Shown here one piece after another: positions 19,101 through 29,692 of a DNA stretch of 64,000 nt (its first letter is position 1; each line of letters starts with the position of its first letter). Position numbers and translations under genes: made by a program. Below the pieces are notes generated by a model that had not been told where the DNA came from, ran no database searches, and worked only from the letters and a program-made list of their open reading frames with translations. Source of the DNA: Histomonas meleagridis 2922-C6/04-290x (taxonomy: Eukaryota; Protista; Parabasalia); the NCBI GenBank assembly GCA_020184695.1, contig JAANOX010000059.1, forward strand, positions 62,001 to 126,000, in the 5' to 3' direction.

Positions 19101-21395
19101 TTATTTAAATACATTATTTTGATCTGAAATGAATTGATGCCTCGAAATACAGAAGTCAATCATTGCTTTCCAATCATCAACTTTCTGTAGAGCATCAAAC
19201 ACTTCATCAGATGTTACAATGCTCCGCAAACGTGGAATTATAAAAGATTTTCGGATAAAGGTTAAAGAAAAAATAGTTTTGGTTTGTTGTAATAATTCAT
19301 CAGTTTCAAGTGATTCGATGCAAAACTGTAACACTCGTTTATACACTTCTTCCCAAGGTCCATCGAATGTTAGTATTAGAATTAAGCACAAACCAGCAAT
19401 TCCAACTCCACTAATTAAAGTCACAATGTTATTACGTGCAGTATCTAGAATCATATCAATTGCAACGTTGATCAAATCCTTTTCTTCGTTTATCATTATT
19501 GATAAAATATAAGCAACAGATTGAAAAAGATTATTTTCTTCTCTAGGAACTAATCTATGAACTGTTTTCCAAACGAGCTGACTTAATATAACTTTCAAAA
19601 GTTCATTAAATGAGAAAATTGTTGCCCACGCACGCCATGTTGTTAAAATTTTCGCAAGTTGACCTGCATCAATTGGGGAGGGCCGTGAGAGAACGTTAAA
19701 CTGTTCAAAAATTGTTTGCTTTATAGCGGAAACGTTTTCAGGTCTAAAAAGTGTTATTATTTGATAATCAGTTTCACCCATAGCATATCTCCAACCTCTT
19801 ACAGGGTTTGTCGATTTTAACATTACGCTATGGAACAAGAAGTTAATCAAAGGTGAATTTGGATGTTTTACACTATTTACTTTTTTAGATTCTTCTGATT
19901 TAAAAGCCCAAATTAAAATAGGAACCCAAAGATAAATTCTTTCATTAATATTTTGAAGTATATCGTCGACATTAATTTCATTTCTTAATAATTGATAAAG
20001 AGTCATAGCAGGTTCCATTGCAAGAGTTCCATCAGTATAATCTGTTTGAGGTATTTCTTCATCATCACAATCTATTTGTAATAAACTCTTTAAAAAATAA
20101 ATATATTCCATTTTATAATTTTCGATATATGAAATAATTTGATCTCGAATTGTTTGTGATGAATTACCATATGCATATCGTAATAATGTTAATGGTAATA
20201 TCCAAACAGAATAAAAACAATCTGCATCCCTTATTCCCATTGAGATTTCAAGCGTATGAGTAATAAATGTGAAAAATGTTCCTTGTTCAATTAGAAACCA
20301 TGTTAAATCAATATAGACAGATAACATTTGTTTTGCATAATGTTCAGATTGTAATTCATTATCTGGATTCATTCGTTCTTTTATTAATCGTATAAATGAT
20401 GATGATAATGCTGGATGTGCATATATGGATTGAATTATATTCGTTTGATCAATACCAGTATATGGAATCTCAATTAAAAGTTGTTCAACTTCATTTAAAT
20501 CTTCTGGAGTACCTATAAATGAATATGGTTCATCAGTAATACAATCATTTTCTTTGATTTTTTGGAATAAATTTCTGACATCTTCCGATGAAAATAAAAC
20601 CGCTGTTGTATCGTTCAGAAAGTTCCTATCGTTGCAACGTATTATTTGAACAAATGAATTTGTAATGACAAAAGCTCTTTGAAGTGATTGACTTGAGATA
20701 AAATCTGAAACTAAGCATAAGTAAAGCTTATAAAATACTTTTTGTGAAATAAATCCATGTAATGATATATTTGTATTTGTAACAAAAAATGAGATTATTT
20801 CATGGCGTGGAAAAAGATCAGGATCACCAAAATCATCCAACATAATGGCATCATCTATAAGTTCGATAGGAAATGTAAGTGAGGCTTCAAAATCAAATTG
20901 AACAGGAACAATTTTCCTAAAATATGGACGAAGTTCAACAATTTCATTATAAAAATACATTCGAGCTGATGCAATAAGAACAGCAAAGTAAGGGAAAAGA
21001 GATAAATTTGAAAGAGCTCTTTTTGCTAAATCTTCATCTTCAACATTTGTAACACAAATTCTAATAATATTAACTACGATTCTAGCAGAAACATCGGAGT
21101 TGATTTCTAGACTACTGAAAAAATTTTCTTCAACTTCACATAAAAGTCTTAAAATTCCTTTTTGATTTAAATCATCTATTTCACTGAAAGCTTCCATAAA
21201 TATTTTCGGCTTTGATTCGCATATTTTCAGTAGGTATTGGATGAACAAATAATTTGGTAAGTTTTTTTCTCCACATAATGATAAGAGATTTTTAAAAACA
21301 TTTTTTTGAAAGTTTTTTTCTCTCCTTCTGTTTATTTCATCGAGAAAGATTTCTGGTTCCAATTGTTCATTCCAACATTTTTTCAAGAAATCCAT
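19101..21395 (-). CDS. Large helical protein, weak resemblance to Mediator tail subunit MED5/MED24
   Basis: Open ORF starting MDFLKKCWNEQLEPEIF, predicted all-helical. The family assignment is tentative. Confidence 0.6.
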   Translation of the reverse strand: MDFLKKCWNEQLEPEIFLDEINRRREKNFQKNVFKNLLSLCGEKNLPNYLFIQYLLKICESKPKIFMEAFSEIDDLNQKGILRLLCEVEENFFSSLEINSDVSARIVVNIIRICVTNVEDEDLAKRALSNLSLFPYFAVLIASARMYFYNEIVELRPYFRKIVPVQFDFEASLTFPIELIDDAIMLDDFGDPDLFPRHEIISFFVTNTNISLHGFISQKVFYKLYLCLVSDFISSQSLQRAFVITNSFVQIIRCNDRNFLNDTTAVLFSSEDVRNLFQKIKENDCITDEPYSFIGTPEDLNEVEQLLIEIPYTGIDQTNIIQSIYAHPALSSSFIRLIKERMNPDNELQSEHYAKQMLSVYIDLTWFLIEQGTFFTFITHTLEISMGIRDADCFYSVWILPLTLLRYAYGNSSQTIRDQIISYIENYKMEYIYFLKSLLQIDCDDEEIPQTDYTDGTLAMEPAMTLYQLLRNEINVDDILQNINERIYLWVPILIWAFKSEESKKVNSVKHPNSPLINFLFHSVMLKSTNPVRGWRYAMGETDYQIITLFRPENVSAIKQTIFEQFNVLSRPSPIDAGQLAKILTTWRAWATIFSFNELLKVILSQLVWKTVHRLVPREENNLFQSVAYILSIMINEEKDLINVAIDMILDTARNNIVTLISGVGIAGLCLILILTFDGPWEEVYKRVLQFCIESLETDELLQQTKTIFSLTFIRKSFIIPRLRSIVTSDEVFDALQKVDDWKAMIDFCISRHQFISDQNNVFK

Positions 21396-21482
21396 TCTGC
21401 AACAAAAGTTTTTTAGATTTAAATACTTTACATTTATGGCGGGGTAACCTTGGGTAACAACGATAGAATATTTCAATTGCAA

Positions 21483-21502
21483 AAACGGCTTGGCCATCCT
21501 TT
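21483..21502 (+). promoter_or_regulatory. M3 + M5 (CCTTT) core promoter of a ribosomal protein gene
   Basis: AAACGGCT at 21483-21490 and CCTTT at 21498-21502, 8 nt before the ATG. This M3/M5 pairing is known for trichomonad ribosomal protein genes. Confidence 0.65.
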
Positions 21503-21510
21503 TCTTTAAA

Positions 21511-21789
21511 ATGGCTCGCAGAACAAAGAAAGTAGGAATTGTTGGTAAATATGGCGTTCGCTATGGTGCTTCCCTTCGTAAGACAATCAAGAAGATAGAA
21601 ATTTCACAACGTAAGAAGTACCCATGTCCATTTTGTGGAAAAACATCCGTCAGAAGAACAGTTGTAGGAATTTGGAAATGCCAGAAATGTGGTAAGGCTA
21701 CAACAGGTGGCGCTTATATTCCATCAACACCAGCTGCTCTCACTGCTCGTGCAGCAATCAAACGTCTCCGTGAAGCTCAAGCAAAGTAA
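21511..21789 (+). CDS. RPL37A: 60S ribosomal protein eL43 (L37a)
   Basis: [30 protein letters not shown] and WKCQKC zinc finger. Confidence 0.97.
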   Translation: MARRTKKVGIVGKYGVRYGASLRKTIKKIEISQRKKYPCPFCGKTSVRRTVVGIWKCQKCGKATTGGAYIPSTPAALTARAAIKRLREAQAK

Positions 21790-22139
21790 ATTAAACTGAT
21801 TATAATAACCATCAATTTTTATCCATTAAATTACATTTTTTAACATGAATTAATTCAATTAGTGGATATGAATTTTTTCAAAAAATATTTTTCTGTATGC
21901 ATTTTTCTCATGTTTAAAAGGAATGCCTTGGAAATGACCTTGGTTTTCCAAATAGTTTATTTTTGTATATCCACGATATACAGTGGTTATTTTTTCATGG
22001 ATTAAAAACAGTTTTGTAAACAAAAAATATTTTTAAATGAAGTAACGCATTGAAATGTGGCCAGCTAGTTTTCATTGTCATAACCACCAATTTTGTGTGG
22101 CATTTGGCGGTTTTACACTTTGACAAGCTATTCTTTGAA

Positions 22140-22646
22140 ATGATGGAAGAAGAAGAAGAAATGGGAGAAGTTGTTCCTTCTCTTTTTGGCGATTTCCCTG
22201 ATATTAACGAAAACAGCTTGTCTTGCCTCACACCACTACCAGTTTGTGATGAGTCAACAACATATCTTTTCAAGGACTTGTTCGATAAGCCATCTAATGA
22301 TCCACTTGTTCCATCTCTTTTATCTCAAGATCCATTCTTGAAGAATGTTGCACAAGTACGTTCTATTATTGCACAAATTGGACTTCTTCAATTTGGTGGA
22401 GGGTTTAACATTGAGTCCTATTCCAAAACACTTGTGAAGTGTATTGACAAATTTTTTGATTGCTACCCATCCTTCTGTGCTGTTATGATTCAAAGATTTT
22501 GGCGTGCCAAAAAGTATGGAAAGAAATCCGACAAAATCAAATTTGGAATGGCTATGATCGTTCGCCCATCAAATGGTCGAAATGAAGCAGACAGACAAAT
22601 AAGGAAACAATTGATCAATGACATTCTTTCAATTCAATTTGAATAA
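22140..22646 (+). CDS. Hypothetical protein with one IQ-like motif
   Basis: Open ORF with AVMIQRFWRAKKY; GGCGGTT and an Inr-like sequence lie upstream of ATG 22140. Confidence 0.65.
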   Translation: MMEEEEEMGEVVPSLFGDFPDINENSLSCLTPLPVCDESTTYLFKDLFDKPSNDPLVPSLLSQDPFLKNVAQVRSIIAQIGLLQFGGGFNIESYSKTLVKCIDKFFDCYPSFCAVMIQRFWRAKKYGKKSDKIKFGMAMIVRPSNGRNEADRQIRKQLINDILSIQFE

Positions 22647-22768
22647 ATATGTTTCTCAACATAATGCCAATTTTTAGCCTAAAATTGTTCGCGTATAGTT
22701 TTAACAAAATTTTCTTCGAAAAGGCAAAAATTAAAAATCTAAGACATGTCATGTGAAATCTTCAAAAA

Positions 22769-24109
22769 ATGCAAAACTTAAGTTTAGATGCTGTAATTCT
22801 ACTTGATGAAAATTCAAAACTTAGTGTGAAACTACGGCTGCTAAAAGAAAATGATGCTATTATATTAAGATGCAATGATGATGAATCTGTTCTTTGTACT
22901 GATATTCTAACTTCAAACAGCACATTTCAGTTATTTAAAGATAACCCAACAAAAATTGCTTTTCATGTCTCTGGTCAAGATAGGTTTTTTCTTTTGAAAA
23001 ACAACAAGGATATTGATCTAATTATTCAATTTTTAAATAAGCATTTTAACCTCGAACCAATCGACGATGGGAGAACATTTTGGCTAAAGGATATACCCAA
23101 AAATAATTCAAATAATATTTCAAAGTTTTTAGATTTGTTTAAACATACCAAATATCAACCTTCAATAAATGTCCACCAAAGACCCGTTGATGCGTTTATG
23201 TTATGGACAATAGATGCTAATATTCCAAATTGTTCAATGAAAACATTAACAAAAGAAGATATTGAAACCATGAATTTATCAACAATCAAACTCTCTACAA
23301 CTGAAATTCCAAAAGTTTTGTATCCATTGTTATTACAAAAAATCATTAATCCAGATCCAAATTTTGATTCAGATTATGCACAACTTAAAAAGCAATGGGA
23401 GTCTACCACAGAAGGGCAATGGAGACATCACTTTAAGCTAAGAGAATTTGTTGCATGTATTGAGAAATGGATTCAAAAACCTCATCTCAAAACAGAGTAT
23501 CATAAGAAATTGTTTTTCAACCTTTCTATGACAATGTTCACACATTACTTTGGGGAATTTCCACCAACATCCCAATTCATATCAATGGTTAAAACAATTT
23601 TTCAAGCATTCCTAACCGACGACGCCGATGAAAATGGATTCAAATTCGTCGACGGTTCAAAATTAACGTTCGACCAAACTGAAGTTTTCCTCTTTAAATA
23701 TGTTCGTGATGCATGGACTATTATCTCTAAGGACAAATACGATCCTAAAAAAGACTTTATGTGCGTACGTGCAACACTTTTAAATCTTTCACCTTCAACA
23801 TTTGAGGTAATAAATGATCATGGAGTTGATTCATTTGACTTCTTCAAAGCTGATTGCGATTCCTTTTATGCCAAATGCAGAACACAAGAAGATCGTCTTC
23901 TTATGTTTGTTGCAATGTTACTCAGTGGAAATCTAACTCAATTTAAACAAACAATCATTGCAATTGCTTCTGTTCTGGGCCACGAGCAACTACATCTTAT
24001 TCCTGTGAATGATACTCAGTGTTTTTGTCAAATGTTTTGCAATATTTTTCGGCATATTGACACTAGACTTCTTCTCCATAATTATGAGAAGATACAGATG
24101 TCTCTGTAA
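22769..24109 (+). CDS. TBC1D15/Gyp7-like protein with degenerate Rab-GAP TBC domain
   Basis: YAQLKKQWES...LREFVACIEK matches the TBC1D15-type segment preceding the Arg finger; N-terminal PH-like region. Confidence 0.55.
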   Translation: MQNLSLDAVILLDENSKLSVKLRLLKENDAIILRCNDDESVLCTDILTSNSTFQLFKDNPTKIAFHVSGQDRFFLLKNNKDIDLIIQFLNKHFNLEPIDDGRTFWLKDIPKNNSNNISKFLDLFKHTKYQPSINVHQRPVDAFMLWTIDANIPNCSMKTLTKEDIETMNLSTIKLSTTEIPKVLYPLLLQKIINPDPNFDSDYAQLKKQWESTTEGQWRHHFKLREFVACIEKWIQKPHLKTEYHKKLFFNLSMTMFTHYFGEFPPTSQFISMVKTIFQAFLTDDADENGFKFVDGSKLTFDQTEVFLFKYVRDAWTIISKDKYDPKKDFMCVRATLLNLSPSTFEVINDHGVDSFDFFKADCDSFYAKCRTQEDRLLMFVAMLLSGNLTQFKQTIIAIASVLGHEQLHLIPVNDTQCFCQMFCNIFRHIDTRLLLHNYEKIQMSL

Positions 24110-24447
24110 AACCATTAAAATATGTTAAAATAACATGTAAATTTTGATCAAATGTAATTAATAAAATTTTAATTTTTTTTTTTAAATGACTCTTATTTAG
24201 AAAATAAAAACAACGTTGCGCATTTTATTGCAAAGAAAGTAAAATAATTTTTGTTTTTAGTATACGACAAAAAGTGAATTTATATCTGGTTGGCTACCCC
24301 ATTTTTAACGGTTATTTGAACAAAGACGTTAAACCGTATCACTTGGACAAGATACAACGAACATGTCAATAATGGCAGAAATTTCCAAAAAATGCCAAAA
24401 TGTTGGTATGCGACCGTTAAAATTAACGTTCTTTTTGGGCTGGAATT

Positions 24448-24954
24448 TCAGGATTTAAGGTTGAAAATTTCCTTCACTGAATTCTGGATGATTGAGCTAA
24501 AGCTATGCTCATCATAGATTTCATATATTTGATTTGCTTCTTGGAGAGATGAGTCACTAATAGCTTTTGTAAGTTTTGAGTAATGAACACATTTCTTTGA
24601 CTTCGCCTCAAGTTTTATAAGATTTTGAAGTGCATCATGACACATTTCTGAAAGGTTTTTGAGGTTGTTATCCAAATTACTTGAGATTGAATCTAAATCA
24701 AATAAACTTGTATTGATATACTCGTTAGGAAGTTCAAGTTTTGGAATGGAATATGGAATTTGAGGTAGCTCAGGAAGGTTTATTTGTTCTTTTTTTCCTT
24801 TTTGTTTTCGATTTTTTGAGCTATTATTTGATGGCTGGAATAATTTGAACGTACTTGTGTTTTCTTCGAGTTCGTTTTGTGCATCTACAAGCGGAGATTT
24901 AGGGATATTCAAAGAAGTTTGGTCTTTTTCGGAAAAGGAATTGTTGTACTCCAT
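24448..24954 (-). CDS. Hypothetical protein with coiled-coil C-terminus
   Basis: Open ORF whose first in-frame ATG is 24954. It could extend to ATG 25007 if the A5 run near 24960 lacks one base. Confidence 0.6.
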   Translation of the reverse strand: MEYNNSFSEKDQTSLNIPKSPLVDAQNELEENTSTFKLFQPSNNSSKNRKQKGKKEQINLPELPQIPYSIPKLELPNEYINTSLFDLDSISSNLDNNLKNLSEMCHDALQNLIKLEAKSKKCVHYSKLTKAISDSSLQEANQIYEIYDEHSFSSIIQNSVKEIFNLKS

Positions 24955-25205
24955 TACAGTTTTTGAAGCAATTTTGATCGTTTCCAAAGATGAAAAGCGC
25001 TTCTCATTTGAAGATCAAAACCATTTCTAGCAGATACTTATGATAATTTATTTATCACGACAAATCGAAAAAAGAATTAAATGGTAATTACAAAATTGAT
25101 GTTGAAATTTTTAAATCATCAAAATTTTTAAATCAAAAAAAAAAAAAAATAATTATTGAAGCAATATTTGTTCATATTAAAAACATTTATTATTGGATAG
25201 TATAA

Positions 25206-25838
25206 TTAGTGATAGTGAAACCATAATGGATCTTGGTCAACAAAAAATTGATCTGATATGTATGGAACTTCAACAGGTGAAAGTGTAGCTGTATCATCCG
25301 GGTATGCGTTTTCAACATTAAGGTTGAAAGGATTAAAATCGAATATATCAAGTTTTTCAGTAATTGGAGCTTGCTTAACTTTAACAGGAACTTCTTCTTG
25401 TGTACGAAGCTTGCGTACTGTCCATTGCCTCATTTCAGAAAAGTTATTCTTTAAGAAAGGAAAGATTTTGCCAAGCTCAATTGCAATTTCTGCTGTTGTA
25501 GGAACTAAAACGTATCCTATAGCTTGGATTCCGTTGTTGATAGATGACTTACACTTACCAATGATATATTGAAGCTGTCTTGTGTTGATAACAATATAAT
25601 CATTCATCCAAAAAATGCCACAAACAAGTGATTTTATATTTTGTGTTTCTGGTTCTTTTTGTACAAATCCTTTGATCAAATCAAAAACATTTTGAAAGTT
25701 ATCGCAAATTTTTGGATTTTTGGATATAAGAAAAGATCTCATGATGCTTTTTTGAAGATTAACGTAATCAATTTGATCTGCTTGACAGAGTTGCTCGAAG
25801 AACTTTGGATATGACTTGATTTGTGTTCTCTTCAACAT
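25206..25838 (-). CDS. Initiator-binding-domain (IBP39-type IBD) protein
   Basis: KSLVCGIFW...INTRQL..IIGKCKSSINNG...IGY is the parabasalid IBD signature; Inr TCATTT lies just upstream of ATG 25838. Confidence 0.85.
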   Translation of the reverse strand: MLKRTQIKSYPKFFEQLCQADQIDYVNLQKSIMRSFLISKNPKICDNFQNVFDLIKGFVQKEPETQNIKSLVCGIFWMNDYIVINTRQLQYIIGKCKSSINNGIQAIGYVLVPTTAEIAIELGKIFPFLKNNFSEMRQWTVRKLRTQEEVPVKVKQAPITEKLDIFDFNPFNLNVENAYPDDTATLSPVEVPYISDQFFVDQDPLWFHYH

Positions 25839-27389
25839 TTGGGAAAATGAATAGATAATCAAAAAACAGCAAAACCATACAAAAAGTTCATTGAAAGATT
25901 TTGAACGGCAAATAGTGACTTGCTCCATTCAATTTCCGGTTGGTGAAAAATTTGGTGACATGTTAAGGGTATTTTATTCTTATGAAATAAGACGCTCAAA
26001 AAGTGAATTTGAATGGTTTATATTTAACCACTATCAAATTAGTGATTTGTTGGTTGCCACTAAATCAAAAAGCCGCAGTTGGAATTACGCCAAATAAAAT
26101 AAAATCAATTAAGTTTTCTGGTTTTTGTTGATAACAAAATTTTCGGCAAAAATTTTTTTATGTTCTGATTTTTTTATCATTAAGTCACTAAGGGTTTGCT
26201 TTTGATTTTAATATTATTTTAAACAGAATTAATATCTCAACTTTTGCATGAGATTATATATATGAATATAAAATAATTTTTTTCTAACATTGTACAAGCA
26301 CTTTAAGAGATAAAAAAATCACCAAAGCAAATGTAAAGCAGATGAAAATTAAAAAATGTAATTTAGTTTTATTTGATTTCAATTTCAATTTCAAGTATCT
26401 ATCTTTGTTTTCTCTTTATGTAAGGACTTGTAAATAAATATATCTTTTATGCAGGTTTTACTTTCTAATAATTTACAAATGATATTTTGAAAGTTTCATA
26501 TTATTTGTTCACTTATGAATGAGAATTATAGCTTTTATGTAACTAAGTAGTGCGTCTAATTATTCCTAAATCATTTACCAATTTTTCATAAAAAAAAAAT
26601 TCATGATAAAATTCAATATATCTAAAAGTCTATAAATGAGTATGTATCTTAAGTGCGTTTTTGTCTCAAAAATTATTAGTTTTAAAATTTTGTTCTGATA
26701 AAAAAGATTTTTCTTTTAATTATTTACTTTTTCGATTTCAGTTTAATGTTTTCGAAAAACGCATCGCTTACCAAATGATTTAATCTAGGTATAATGTTAA
26801 GTTTAGCTTTAAAAATAATTATTTTCTCATGGTCACAAAAAAGTATTATTTATTTAAATTTTTGCTATTTCTCCATTCCCAACAACCAACATACTTCCGT
26901 CCAATGCGACATCTAAATGAAATTTGAAAATAAAAAAAAAAAATTATAATAAAATGCACTCATTCTAAAAAGCAGACATCATAAAAAAGTATTCACTAAG
27001 CAGAACTGCATTAGTATTCGTTTTTCATTATCATTGCTGAATACTTAAAAAAAATGAAAATTAATATTAAAAAAACCACTTAATTTATTCATTTAAAGAA
27101 GTCTTTTCACCAAAATGGAAATATTCAAATCATAAAAGGAACTCAAAAAGATCTTTAACATGGCATTTAAGTCATTTTTCCCAAAATTATCTCAATATTT
27201 TTGACTGTAAGTAGGGTATCTTTCACTTTGCAAAAGGTGGTCGTTTCACAATTGCTTTTTCAGTTAAAAGTTTACAATCAGCTTTTTCAATTAATTCACT
27301 TTTGAAACTGCGATAATGAGGTTGGCCTTATTCAATTCCATTATTCCAATCAAATTTGTGAGAAATGACAGCGTCACATCACTTAACGA

Positions 27390-29297
27390 ATGTGTGCTGT
27401 TCGTCTCCATGTAAAGGTTGTTGAAGGTAAAGACCTTCTCCAAATGGACCTTGGAAAGTCTGATCCATATGTTGTTCTCCGTCTCAAGAGCCAAAAATCA
27501 TCTGTCAAGACCAAGGTCATGAAGAATACATTGAACCCAGTCTGGAATGAAGAATTCGACTTAGTCACTGAAAAGCCTGATGATGTTCTCCTTGTTAACA
27601 TGTTCGACGAAGATGTTGCTAAGGACGATAAGATGATTGATGAACTTCAATTCAAGGTTTCCGACTTCAAGGTTGGTGCTGATGTTGCTAAGATCACCAA
27701 GGACTTAACATTGACCAAGAAGAAGGGTAAGGGAAAGAAGGCTGGTAAGCTCACCCTCGAAATCCAAGCTTTCGGTGATGCTCAAAAGCCAAAGAAGGAA
27801 CACAAGAAGGATGACAAGAAGAAAGATGACAAGAAGGATGATAAGAAGAGAGAAAGAAGAGGTTCAAGAAGCAGCAAGAAGGGTGCCCCAACAGGAAACA
27901 TGAAGATCTCTGTTGTTTGCCACAGCGCTAGAGGTCTCATTGCTGCTGACCGTAATGGTACATCAGATCCATATCTTGTTTTCAACATCAAAGGCAGTTC
28001 CGAACGTGTTCATACCAAATTCATCGAAAACTCACTTGAACCAGTCTGGAATGAAACAGTTGAAATCAACGGAGTTGACCAAACTAAGGATGCCATCGAA
28101 ATTGTTGTCTTCGACAAGGATAAGAAAGTTGATCTCAAGAAGAACGATCAAATCGGTTATGCAATCATCAAAGTTGCCGAAATCAAGTTCGGTGAACAAG
28201 TAGAAATCCCACTTGTCAAGATGTCAAAGAAGAAGCCAGCTAAGGATTCCAAACCAGGAGATGCAGGTTTTGTTAAGCTTACATTCACAACCGAAAGCGA
28301 AGTCAAGCCACAACTTGCCCTCCACGTCCGTGTTGTTTCTGCTAAAGATCTTAAGGCAGCTGATGCTAATGGCAAATCCGATCCATATGTCATAGTCAAG
28401 CTTGGTAATGAACAAAGAAAGACCAAGCCCATCCAAAACACACTCAGCCCAGTTTGGAACGAAGAAATGCACTTTGTCCCAGTTACACCAGATCAAGAAA
28501 TCTCATTCCAAGTTATGGATGAAGATATCTTAAAGGATGACAAACTTGGTAGAGTCGTTGTTAAACTTTCCGATCTTAAGGTTGGTCAAATCCTTGAAAA
28601 GGATTACAAGCTTGAAGATGTTAAGACAGGTATGATGACAATTGTTCTCCACTTAGCCGATGCTAAGGATACACCATTCGGTGCACACGTTTCTAAGCCA
28701 AAGGAAAAGAAGAAGCACTCCAAGTCACACTGCTCAAACTTCACACTCGGAAGCTACTCATCAAGTTACTCAACAAGCTTCTCTGGCTACACCAACTGCT
28801 CAACAACACTTTCAGCACTTTCATCAAGTGAAGAAGTTTATCACATCCACAAAGTTTACGAAAAGAAGGAATACAAGATCAAGCCAAAGAACGAATCACT
28901 TAAGGGTGTCATTGTTGGCTGCAACAACCTTATCAAGTCTGATAGCGACGGAAGTGATACCTATGTTACACTTAGACTTCTCGGTAAGGAACACGCTAAG
29001 GGTGAAATGGTTAAGACACAAACTATCCATGACACACAAGACCCAGTCTACAACAAGGAATTCGAATTCAAGAAGGTGAAGAAGGGTGAACAACTCGAAA
29101 TCATTGTCTACCAAGACCACAAGATATTAAAGGACGTACCAATCGGTATCGCTAAGATCGACGTTCGTGATCTCGATGATGGAGAAGCTGAAAAGGTTAT
29201 CCAACTTCATAGACCACCTAAATTACCAAAGCTTTTGGAGAAGTTCACTGACTTCGGTGTTCTCAAGATCAGATTAGACCACCATAAGGAATTCTAA
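27390..29297 (+). CDS. Multi-C2-domain protein (four C2 domains)
   Basis: Repeated LHVKVVEGKDL..D.GKSDPYV..LNPVWNEEF motifs, Lys/Asp-rich and Ser-rich linkers, strong codon bias, and Inr TCACTT upstream. Confidence 0.92.
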   Translation: MCAVRLHVKVVEGKDLLQMDLGKSDPYVVLRLKSQKSSVKTKVMKNTLNPVWNEEFDLVTEKPDDVLLVNMFDEDVAKDDKMIDELQFKVSDFKVGADVAKITKDLTLTKKKGKGKKAGKLTLEIQAFGDAQKPKKEHKKDDKKKDDKKDDKKRERRGSRSSKKGAPTGNMKISVVCHSARGLIAADRNGTSDPYLVFNIKGSSERVHTKFIENSLEPVWNETVEINGVDQTKDAIEIVVFDKDKKVDLKKNDQIGYAIIKVAEIKFGEQVEIPLVKMSKKKPAKDSKPGDAGFVKLTFTTESEVKPQLALHVRVVSAKDLKAADANGKSDPYVIVKLGNEQRKTKPIQNTLSPVWNEEMHFVPVTPDQEISFQVMDEDILKDDKLGRVVVKLSDLKVGQILEKDYKLEDVKTGMMTIVLHLADAKDTPFGAHVSKPKEKKKHSKSHCSNFTLGSYSSSYSTSFSGYTNCSTTLSALSSSEEVYHIHKVYEKKEYKIKPKNESLKGVIVGCNNLIKSDSDGSDTYVTLRLLGKEHAKGEMVKTQTIHDTQDPVYNKEFEFKKVKKGEQLEIIVYQDHKILKDVPIGIAKIDVRDLDDGEAEKVIQLHRPPKLPKLLEKFTDFGVLKIRLDHHKEF

Positions 29298-29692
29298 ATC
29301 GAAGGAGTAAACACCGCACAACATTAAATTTGATTTTTTTAATGAGTGAATGCAATCGATTTTTATATTGTGTTTACACTAAACGAAGCAGTTTCATTTG
29401 GATAAAATTTGGCGCTTTTCAAATAATTTCATCTGTTTCAAATGAACATTCATTTGATGCAAATTCACCAACAACAAAATTATATTCACTTTCACCAGAA
29501 TTTGTATCTGCAATTTCTATCTCAAATCTTGGAGGATAACCTCTTGGAATTGGTTTTATCTTAAATCTGAAAATACTTTTCATGTTTTTGCTCTTTGATA
29601 CTTTTGCGTAAAGTACTTGATTTGAAAAAGGAAATTCAATAGAAAGTGATCCGTTTATTATGAAAAACTTTCATCGTCACATTGAACACATT

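Noticed and set aside
21395-21511. Very short head-to-head spacing (115 nt) between two genes
   Set aside because: Ordinary for compact parabasalid genomes.
29419-29421. In-frame TGA as selenocysteine
   Set aside because: No selenoprotein motif and no recognisable SECIS element.
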